DNA from: a candidate division FCPU426 bacterium
Lineage (GTDB): Bacteria > Oederibacteriota > Muellerivitia > Muellerivitales > Muellerivitaceae
DNA: 64,000 bases
NCBI GenBank assembly: GCA_963771075.1
Contig: CAVYSE010000025.1
Span: 1-64,000 of the forward strand
Reading direction: 5' to 3'
The notes under the pieces: model-generated
The model's input: only the letters and a program-made list of their open reading frames with translations
The model's database searches: none
What the model was told of the DNA's origin: nothing
In this document: positions 9,636-19,500 of the stretch, in pieces
Numbering within the stretch: position 1 is the first letter of the stretch
How the letters are laid out: each line of letters starts with the position of its first letter
Position numbers and translations under genes: made by a program

Positions 9636-9667
9636 AAAGGCCCGCCCTCAACTAAGAGAACGGGCCT
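9636..9667 (-). terminator. Terminator hairpin downstream of nrdJ
   Basis: Minus strand aggcccgttctc-ttagtt-gagggcgggcct followed by ttatat. Confidence 0.7.
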
Positions 9668-9714
9668 CGGCCTCTATTTAAACAATCCCTCATTCAGGAG
9701 GGACGTCGAACTTC

Positions 9715-12487
9715 TTAACTACACCCACTCGTCGAACCGCAGTTCAAACATTTGTAACAAGCCGCGTTGCGCACCATGATGGCCCCGCACTCGGGGCAAG
9801 GCGGCGCGTCGGCCTGGGCCATGAAGATGCTGTTCTCCCGCCTCTCCGATTCGGTCGACTGGGCTTCCATCAGCTTGATCTGCGCGGGCTTGGACTTCGG
9901 CTTATCCAACGTGACCTGGCCGGTCGGCTCATGCGAATCCGGCAGTTCGGCCGCTCCGCGCTCCCCCGCCACTAAAAACTTGATGGCCAGCCAGCGGAAG
10001 ATATAGTCGGTGATGGACTTGGCGAACCGCACTTCGGGGTTGTTCGTGATGCCCGAAGGCTCGTAGCGGCTGTGGCTGAACTTGTTCACCAGCACCTTCA
10101 GGGGCACGCCGTACTGCAGGGCCAGGGAGATCCCGGTCGCGAAGGAATCCATGAGTCCGGAGACCGTGGAGCCTTCCTTCGACATGGTGATGAACAGTTC
10201 CCCGGCGGTGCCGTCCTCGAATTTGCCGACTGTGATGTAACCCTCGTGGCCGGCGATGGAGAACTTGTGGGTGATGGCTTCCCTTTCGTCGGGAAGGCGG
10301 CGGCGCACCGGCTTGGGCACGGAAGCCTTTCCGTCCTGCGTGTTGGTCGAAAGGGGCTGGGACCTTTTGCAGCCGTCGCGGTAGACCGCCACGGCCTTCA
10401 GGCCCAGCTTCCACGATTCCACGTAGGCCTGCAAAATGTCATCCACGGAAGCCTCGTTGGGCAGGTTGACGGTCTTGGAAATGGCGCCCGACAGGAAAGG
10501 CTGGACCGCCCCCATCATGCGCACGTGGCCCATGTAATGGATGGATCGGCTGCCGTTCATGGGCTTGAAGGCGCAGTCGAACACCGGCAGGTGGTCGGTT
10601 TTCAGGTGCGGCGCGCCCTCGATGGTGTCGTGGGCCTCGATGTAGGCCAGGATGTCCTTCACCTGGCTCTCGCTGTACTTGAGGTTCTTGAGGGCCTCGG
10701 GCACGGTCTGGTTGACGATCTTGATGACCCCGCCCCCGACCAGTTTCTTGTACTTGACCAGGGCGATATCGGGCTCGACCCCGGTGGTGTCGCAATCCAT
10801 CATGAAGCCGATGGTGCCGGTGGGAGCCAGCACGGTCACCTGGCCGTTGCGGAAGCCCCATTCCTTGCCGGTTTCGACCACGTCTTTCCAGGCCTGCTGG
10901 GAGGCCAGGTAGAGGTCTTCGCTCATGCCCTCGTTCTTGATCTTGGTGGCATCGTTCTGGTGCATGCGCATGACGTTCATCATGGGGATCTCGTTGCGGG
11001 CGTAGCCCCGGAAGGGGCCCACTTCCTTGGCGATGCGGGCGCTCATGTAATTGGCCCGGCCGTGCATGAGGGAGGTGACGGCGGCGGCGTAATTGCGGCC
11101 CTCTTCCCCGTCGTAGGGCAGGCCCCGCGACATGAGGAGCGCCCCCAGGTTGGCGTAACCCAAGCCCAGCGGCCGGTAGTCGTGGCTGTTGCGCTCGATG
11201 GGCTTGGTGGGATAGCTGGCGTTATCGACCGTTATTTCCTGCGCCAGGATGGTGACATCCACCGCGTGCTTGAAGGAATCGACGTCGAACTCGCCCTCGG
11301 CGTTGCGGAACTTCATGAGGTTGAGCGAGGCCAGGTTGCAGGCCGAATCGTCCAGGTACATGTACTCGGAGCAGGGGTTGGAGGAATTGATGCGCGCGGT
11401 GTTGCTGGAGGTGTGCCACTTGTTGATGGTGGTGTCGTACTGCATGCCCGGATCGCCGCAGATCCAGGTGGACTCGGCGATCATGCGCAGCAGGTCCTTG
11501 GCCTTGTAGGTATCCATGGGCTTGCCGTCCTTGCGGGCCTTGGTGGTCCAGGTGCCGTCGGAGAGGGCGGCGTTCATGAACTCGTCCGTCACGCGCACCG
11601 AGTGGTTGGCGTTCTGGAACTGGACGGAATCATAGGCCCCGCCCTGGCACGTTGAAGCCGCCGTCGTAGCCGGACTCGATGAGGGCCCAGGCTTTCTTTT
11701 CTTCCTCGCTCTTGGACTTGATGAAATCCACGATGTCCGGATGGTCGGAGTCGAGGATGACCATCTTGGCCGCGCGGCGGGTGCGCCCGCCCGACTTGAT
11801 GACGCCCGCGAAGGAATCGTATCCCTTCATGAAGGAGACCGGGCCGCAGGCGGTGCCGCCGCCGGAAAGCTTCTCGCGCTCGGCGCGCAGGGCCGAGAAG
11901 TTGGTGCCGGTTCCCGAGCCGAACTTGAAGAGCATGCCCTCGGTCTTGGCCAGGTCGAGGATGGATTCCATGGAATCGGAGACGCTGTTGATGAAGCAGG
12001 CCGAGCACTGGGGGCGGGGCTCGATGCCGACGTTGAACCAGACCGGCGAGTTGAAGGCCATCTTCTGGTGGACCAGCAGGTGGGTGAGTTCGGCGTGGAA
12101 GATTTCGGCGTCCTGCTCGGAGGCGAAGTAGCCCATGTCCCGGCCCCATTCGCTGATGGTGTCGGCGACCCGGCGGATCAACTGCTTGACGCTGCGTTCG
12201 CGCTTCTCGGTGCCCAGGACCCCGTGGAAATATTTGGAGACCACGATGTTGGTGGCGGTCTGGGACCAGCTCTTGGGGGTCTCGACGTCTTTTTGCTCGA
12301 AGATCACCTTGCCCTTCTCATCGGTGATGGAGGCGCTGCGGAGTTCCCATTCGACCTCGTCGAAAGGATGGATTCCCTTTTTGGTGAACATGCGGTTGAA
12401 CTTGAGGCCGCCCTCGCGGGTGAAGGTATTGGGCCTGACGAAAACTTCGGGACTGGTGGTGCCGGACTGGGTCTGCTTCGCGGACAT
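9715..12487 (-). CDS. nrdJ: Vitamin B12-dependent (class II) ribonucleotide reductase with C-terminal TSCPD and zinc-ribbon domains; +1 frameshift near 11645
   Basis: FNSPVWFN, QCSACFI, KSGGRTRRAAKM, NPCSEY, CNLASLNL, APTGTI, AISKTVN, YRDGCK motifs; removing one base gives NVPGGAYDSVQFQNANHSVRV, joining ORFs 11630-12487 and 9715-11598. Confidence 0.93.
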
Positions 12488-12796
12488 GCTTCCTCCTTAA
12501 TCTTGATTCGATAAAACAAACAGCTTGGGGTCGAGACTGCCCGCTCGAGGTAAACGATTTGTAAACCTCGGGTAGGAGCTTTGTATTGTCGGGATGTCGG
12601 TTGGGATGTAAGTGTTGAAAAAAAATAACGGCAGTACTTGAGGCGTTACGGTCCTAGGTCCCCTAAAAAATAATCCCCCTGTTGGACATCCTTATGCCGT
12701 CGGGTTTCCCCTTCGATCGGCATCCCCATGAACGCCCAAACTGTGGCTAAAGGTGTTGGATAACGGGCCTGAATAAAGGCCTAAAACCGTTATTTA

Positions 12797-12844
12797 ATAC
12801 CACATTTAGTCAATGTTGCGTTTATATACCACCAGCCTTTGTGT
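12797..12844. promoter_or_regulatory. Putative tandem NrdR boxes
   Basis: ataccacatttagtca (12797) and ccaccagcctttgtgt (12829), 32 bp apart, resemble acaCwAtATaTwGtgt and lie upstream of nrdJ. Confidence 0.45.
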
Positions 12845-12942
12845 TGTCAAAGGAAATATTATTATTTAGACAAGATAAATAGGTTGCACTTTTTAGAAAT
12901 TAATTTTGGCTCTCGGCGGTAAAAATACGCTGGGCGGGCCCC

Positions 12943-15900
12943 TTAATGGATCAGGATCAGCCTCTTGAGGTGCCGTTCGTAGGGTTCGATCAGGTAAAGG
13001 ATATAGACCCCGCTCGCGCACTTGTCCCCGTTGTAATTCGTCCCATCCCAGGAATAGGCCTTCGATATGGGCGTCGTCTTGGTGTTCAAATCCATGTCTT
13101 TGATGAATTCTCCCGCCGAGTTGTAGATCTTCAGCGAATAGGGGTCCCCCGGCTCGCTGTATCCCACATAGATCGATACCGAACCCTGTGAGGGCCTCAA
13201 TACGTTCAGGGAAACATAGAAGGTATCCTGCGACGGCATCGCAGGCGTCGCCGTCGCCGAGATGGTGGAGGTCGCCGTCCCGCTGGCCGTGATCGTAAAG
13301 GTCGTGGTCGCAGTTCGGGTCATCGTCGGGCTCCCAGTCGAAGTCGGGGTTTGGGTCGAGGTGGCCGTTTTCGTAGAGGTCCTCGTAATGGTGGGCGTAG
13401 AGGTCACCGTGGGGCTGTTGGTTCCCGTCGGGGACCAAGTCGCGGTCGGCGTCCAAGAAGCCGTCGGAGTCGCCGTAAAGGTCCAGCTCGATGTTGGGCT
13501 ATCCGTCGGGGTGAAGCTCGCCGTGGAAGTGGCCGAGAAAGTCACCGTCGGGGTCGACGTGGCGGTGAGGGTCGCCGTCGGGGTGTTGGTGGAAGTGGGA
13601 GTGTTCGTCTCGGTCACTGTCACCGTGACCGTCGGCGTATTTGTCTCCGTAAGCGTATTCGTGACCGTCAGAGTGAATTGGATCGTCTGGGTCGAACTCG
13701 CCGTGAGGGTCGCGGAAGGTGTCATCGAACTGGTCGGGGTCAAGGTCGCTGTGGCCGTGTTGGTAGCCGTATAGGTCGTCGTCACCGTGGCCGTATTCGT
13801 CGGGGTATCGGTGATCGTGAAGGTAATGACCGGGGTGAGGGTGATCGTCGGCGTTATCGTAATGGTCGAGGTCGCCGTGGGGGTCACGGACGCCGTGGGG
13901 GTCACGGTCACCGTGGGAGTTGAACTGAAAGTCAGCGTCGATGTGCTCGTCAAGGTGGCCGTATAGGTGTTCGTCGGGGTCACCGTTGGCGTCACGGTTG
14001 CCGTGGTGGTCATGGTCTTCGTCATCGTGAATTGCACCGTATTAGTCGAGCTCGCGGTGAGGGACGCCGTAGGCGTCATCGAACTGGTGGATGTCACCGT
14101 CGGCGTCGCCGTCAAGGTTTGGGTGGGAGTCACGGTATAGGTCGGGGTAGAGGTGGCTGTATTCGTTGGGGTCACCGTATAGGTGTTGGTGCGGGTGACG
14201 GTATTGGTCACCGTATTCGTGGCCGTCACCGTCGGCGACAGGGTGATCGTGAAGGTCAGGATGGGCGTGATGGTAATCGTCGGCGTTATCGTGATAGTAG
14301 AAGTGATCGTGGGGGTTCGGGTCGAGGTTGTCGTGGGTGTCACGTTTCTTCCGTGGGTGTCACGGTCGCCGTGGGTGTCACGGTCGATGTAAAGCTATTG
14401 GTGGGCGTCACCGTGGGGGTCAGGGTGTTGGTATTGGTCCGGGTGGGAGTGACGGTAAGGGTATTGCTATTGGTCGTGGTAACCGTGGCGGTGAAGGTAT
14501 TGGTAGCCGTATAGGTGTTCGTCGGGGTCACGGTGGGGGTTGCCGTATTAGTGTTGGTGCGGGTCGGCGTCACAGTGGGCGTATTGGTGTTCGTTAGGGT
14601 GACCGTGGCGGTGGGGCTATTGGTCTTGGTAAGGGTCACGGTAGCGGTGTAGGTATTGGTGGCCGTATAGGTGTTCGTTGGGGTCACCGTGGGGGTAACG
14701 GTATAGGTGGGGGTGGGGGTGACCGTACGGGTGGGCGTGGAAGTATTCGTGACCGTCCAGGTAAAGGTGGGTGTGACGGTATTGGTTCTCGTTAAGGTCA
14801 CCGTCAGGGTGTTGGTAGAGGTAAAAGAGGGGGTGGGGGTCACCGTGTAGGTATTGGTAAAGGTGACACTGGGAGTGGGGGTTGGGGTAGAGGTCGGTGT
14901 CGCCGTAGCGGTAAAGGTGCGGGTGGGGGTAAAGGTCGGGCTGAATGTGGGTGTGATCGTTCGGGTAAGGGTGGGAGTGATCGTCCAGGTCGGCGTCGGG
15001 CTGGAGGTCGGGGTCTTGGTCAGCCCCAAAGTTGGGGTGCAAGTAAAGACACCCGCACAGGCGTCCGTGCCGGTATTCGGGTCGAAATTAGTTCCCGTTC
15101 CATCCAGTTGTTCCTTCACCAGGTTCCCACCGTAATAAAGGGCGAAATAGGGGTTGTCCTGGAAGGAGGAATGGGAGGAGCAGTCCCCGTTGCCGGTCCC
15201 GAAATGCGACCAGTCGTCGGAAAAATTGCCGTTGTCCATCTGCGGATTGTTGCGCCCATAACGAAGCGTGTCGTATTGGGTGTACCAATATCCCCCGTTG
15301 GGCGGGATGGTGTAAGCGGTCGAAGTGGAGGAGAAGCAATAGATGATCACTTGGTTGGCGAAGTGGTTGGCCACAAAGGTACAGGGCCCGTAAGGGGCTA
15401 CGGCCACCGTGCCGGACGTGTTGATGCTGCCGCAAGCCCCCCCCGAGGTACAGGTGGTTCCGGTCGAGTTGTTGAACTGCGCCATGTTGATGGGTTGGGA
15501 TTCATAGGCCCAGGCCCTCACGCATAGGTTGGCGATGGTGATGGGGGTGGTGCCCCAGTTGTAGACCTTGATGCTGTAGTCCATATATTGGTTGTTCTGG
15601 TTATAACAGGCGGTCTGGAGGTTCAGCATGGGCGTAGTGACCCCCGCGTTGATGACCCCGCAACCCGGCCAAGGGGTAAAGGTGGGGGTAATGGTCGGTG
15701 TAGGGGTGGGGGGAGGAAAGGTGGGGCTCGGGGCGGGCGTGACCGTGCAGGCGGCCGAACCCGTATAGAAATGTTGGCGGTAAAGAAAGCCCTGGCCGGG
15801 GTAGTAAGGGTTGAAGGTATTATCCCCCCAGATATCGGGCACGACCGCCCCTGTCCCCGTATTCGTAATAGCGGCGCAGTTGCCGCAGTTATAGAGGGTT

Positions 15901-16430
15901 TGCATACTGCCGACGTAGGTGCCCCCCCAGGACGAGTCGTCGAAACCCGAATTCATCCAACCCGTTGGAAAGGAAGCGAGTGGGAACCCGCTTCCGGTGT
16001 AAGTGACGCCCGCGTCCTGGGCCCGCGTGCACCAGCCGTCGCTTTGAATGTACTGGGTCGGGCAGTCGGAATAGTTGATGGTCAAGAGCCAGGTATCCCA
16101 AACGTTATTCCCGCATTGGTCGGTGCCGTAGACCGCCAGGATGTTCTCCCCTGAGGTATTGATCCAGGAAAGGTTGGTAATGGGGAAGGAAGAGACGCTC
16201 GTCCACCAGTTGCAGTTATTCGGCTGGGAAACGACCACGTTGCCATTGAGGGCTATAAAGAGATCGTCATCGGCGCTGGCCTGCAGGTTCGCGCTCGTCA
16301 CCGTGCAGGCCGAAACTCCATGTGTTCCAAGGGCCATCCAAACCCAAAGACACAGGGCCAAGGAAAAAAGACCGTTCGAGAATGGTTTGAACTTTACCCC
16401 CAGTCTCGTTCTTTTAGGATGAATGGACAT
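12943..16430 (-). CDS. Large secreted non-catalytic protein: lectin/CBM67-like domain, CBM3-like domain, about 600-aa Thr-rich stalk, T9SS-like/FlgD-type CTD; frameshift near 14345
   Basis: Signal peptide; [69 protein letters not shown]; ORFs 14340-16430 and 12943-14343 abut inside the repeat. Confidence 0.75.
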
Positions 16431-16525
16431 TCACTTCTCTCGGTTAAAACGTTTTTATGACGGAACGCAGGACCGACAGGTATCTTTGGGCCAACTTACG
16501 GGAGGACCCAAACCGGAATCTACCC

Positions 16526-19500
16526 TTACCGAAGAACCAATAGTTTTCCGATGTAGCGCTTCCCCTCCAGGGTCAATACGACGTAATAGACCCCATTGGC
16601 CAGGGTATTTCCTGAATTGGCGGTTAAGGTGAGTGGAATGGGTTGACCGTTGGGCCAATTGGGATAGGTATGGTCCAGGACCTTCCGGAAGGCCAGGGAG
16701 AAGACTTCCAACCGGATATTCTCCAACCCCGCGTAGGCCGGAGGCATCACTTGCACGATCGGGCCCGTGACCGGGTTGGGGTAAATCCCCACAACTCCCG
16801 CCGGCATGGTTGGCACGGGTGTAAAGGTATAGGAAAAAGCTTCCGTGGCGGTGATGGTGGCGGTTACGGTCGGCGTGGCAGTGAACGTGTGACTCGGCAA
16901 GAGAGTCCATGTACTCGTGGGCGTGAATGTCCAGGTCAATGTGGAAGAGGGTGTGGGCGTGGACGAAGGTGTAAAGCTGGCGGTGGAGCTGGCTGTTGGT
17001 GTTGGGCTAAATACCGCCGTCAGGGTCGATGTTCCCGTGGCGGTGGGTGTACCCGTGAAACTCATGGTGGGAGTAGGCGAAGCTGAAGCGGTGAGGGAGG
17101 CCGTCCCAGTAGGTGTCATAGAAACCGTGGGAGTTTTGGAGGCTGTAGCGCTAGGCGTCATCGATTCCGTCTGCGTAAAGGTCCAGCTATAGGTGAAGGT
17201 GGGGGTCGCGGTCATCGACCATGTCGCGGTTCCGGTGGAAGTGGGCGACAAGGTGGCGGTGGGGCTGTTGGAAGGTGTGGGGCTGAACAGGGGCGTCCGA
17301 GTCGGCGATCCCGTCTGGGTGGCGGAGGCGGTGGGTGTAAGCGTCCAGGTACCCGTTGAAGTGGGAGTAATCGTCATCGTCCAGGTCGTCGTTTTGGTGG
17401 AAGTGGGTGACAGGGTCATCGTGGGGCTGAACACCGGCGTCTGGGTGGGCGTTCCCGAAAAGGTTGGCGTAAGACTCAGGGTCGCTGTCCCCGTGGCGCT
17501 GGAGGTAGCCGTAAAGGTTCTCGTTTCCGTGAAAACGGGGGTAGACGTCATGGTCCAAGACCCGGTCCAAGTCGGTGACAAGCTGGCGGTCGGGCTGAAT
17601 ACCGGTGTCTGGGTCGGCGTGCCCGTGGAGGTAGCTGTACCCGTATTCGTGGAAGAAAGAGTGTAAACCGGTGTGGAGGTGTGGGTCTTAGTCGTGGTGA
17701 AAGTCGAGGTGGCTGTCGAAGTGGGAGTGAAAGATGCGGTAGATGTTGATGGGAGGGTGGCTGTAGAGGTCGGTGTGAAAGTCGCAGGGACCGTGGAGGT
17801 CGAAGACGGCGTCAGGGTGACAGTGGGACTATGGGAAGCGGTGGGGCTGAACACCGGTGTCTGGGACGGCGTTCCCGTAAGCGTGGGAGTACCTGTCGGA
17901 GTGGAAGACAGGGTGAAAGCCGGGGTGGAGGTACGGGTTCCGGTCGACGTGGAAGTGGAGGTCCCGGTGGGGGTTAAGGAAAGGCTTGGGGTCGATGTAA
18001 AGCTTGCGGTATTGGACGGGGTGAAGGTTCGGGTGCCGGTCGAGGTGAATGAAGCGGTGCCCGTGGAGGTGGCGCTGGCCGTGCTCGTGGAAATCGGCGT
18101 AGAGGTCACGGTAGTTGTATAGGTTCGGGTTGTGGTGGAAGTCGGTGTTGAAGTGACGGTTGAAGTGAACGAGTTGGTCCCAGTGGGGGTAAGGGTATTG
18201 GGAATGGTATTCGTCGACGTGGCCGTCATCGTTCGGGACGGTGTGATGGATAAGGTGGGAGTCGGCGAAGCCGAAGCCGTCGAGGTCGAAGTGGATGTGT
18301 TGGTTCGAGTCGCCGTCGAGGTCACCGTCGGGGTGGTAGTGGTGGTATTGGCAATGGTATTCGTTGAAGTAGCCGTCATGGTTCGGCTCGGGGTCAGGGT
18401 GGCTGTTACGGTCATCGTTGGCGTCATCGTTCGGGACGCCGTGAAGGTGGGAGTTGCGGTAGCGGTTGGCGTAACCGAAGACGTAGCGGTAGGTATCGGC
18501 GAACTTGTCCCCGTGGGGGAGGAAGTCATCGTCGGGGTCCGGGTGGGAGTCATGGTCGGGGTCGAAGTACGGGTAAAGGTAAAGGTTGCCGTGGCCGTGT
18601 TGGTCGGGGTGGTGGCCGCTATGTCACCATAGACAACGCCGCGGCCGTTCGTGCCGACATACACCCGGCCATAAATGGCTTCGTCCCCTTCGCACCAGGC
18701 CCCATATCCGTATTGGTGGTTGTTGTCGTTGACCCTCACCCAAGTGGTCCCCACTCCGTCGTCACAGCGGTAAAACCCGTAGGTCCCATTGTAGGTGCCG
18801 GTCAGGTAGACCGCCGGGTGGGACTGGCCGGAGGCCGCCTTGCCGAACCCCACCGAGTTGGAGGAAGTGACGTTGGAGATGGTGGCCATCGTGGACCCCG
18901 CGTTGGTAAAGCGGTAAAGGCCGCTGCCCGTGGCCACCCAAACCTCTCCGGGTAACCCGAAAACCGCACGTGGGGCGCCGCTCCCCGAGAAGCTGTTGAC
19001 CGAACTGAAGCTCGCCCCGTAATTGGTGCTGACGTAGAGGTTGCTTCCGCTGGTGGCGTAAATCGTGGAGGCGTTGGCCCGGTCGGAGGCCAGCAAGGCA
19101 CCGCTGGGAAGCCCGCCGCAGGTCGTCCAGGAACCGCCCAAGGAGGAGGCGTAGGCCGGAGACCCGTACCCGCTTTGGGGTGACACGACCACATGGGAAC
19201 CGTCGGCGGCAATCGCCACGGACCCCATCTCATTGTCGGTGGTGTAACCGGGCGGGGCGCTACCCCAGGGCGTCCAAGATTGTCCGTTGTTGGTGGAATA
19301 GGCAACGTCGGTTGTCACCGCCCCGCTGGCCCCCACCCGTACCACGTCGTTCACGTTTTTCTCGGCGAAGTCGAGGCCGTCGGTATTCCCGAACGAGGGG
19401 TTGCAATACATGTTGGGGGCGGGCTTGGTGATGTCGGTATATCTCATCCCACTGATGTCGCCCAAGGCGCTAAAGAAGGTCCCGGGCATGGAGGATGCAT

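Noticed and set aside
5400..9700. Prophage or integrative element
   Set aside because: No integrase, phage or conjugation genes; better described as an accretion hotspot downstream of nrdJ
8823..9845. Diversity-generating retroelement TR/VR pair at the nrdJ or araC duplications
   Set aside because: No reverse transcriptase is in the window, and the differences are mostly synonymous or very few rather than adenine-specific
11598..11660. Genuinely split nrdJ, intein or intron
   Set aside because: Removing one base restores continuous conserved sequence with no inserted segment
10072..12514. Long plus-strand ORFs (527 aa and 257 aa)
   Set aside because: They are antisense shadows of high-GC3 nrdJ with no recognisable motifs
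12490..12740. Cobalamin riboswitch
   Set aside because: It is plausible upstream of nrdJ, but I could not find the conserved B12-box or core elements by eye
13240..18620. CRISPR array or DNA-level tandem repeat
   Set aside because: The repeats are degenerate codon-level Thr/Pro coding repeats, with no constant repeat-spacer structure and no cas genes
13262..18632. Val/Gly-rich plus-strand ORFs
   Set aside because: They are antisense shadows of the Thr-rich stalks
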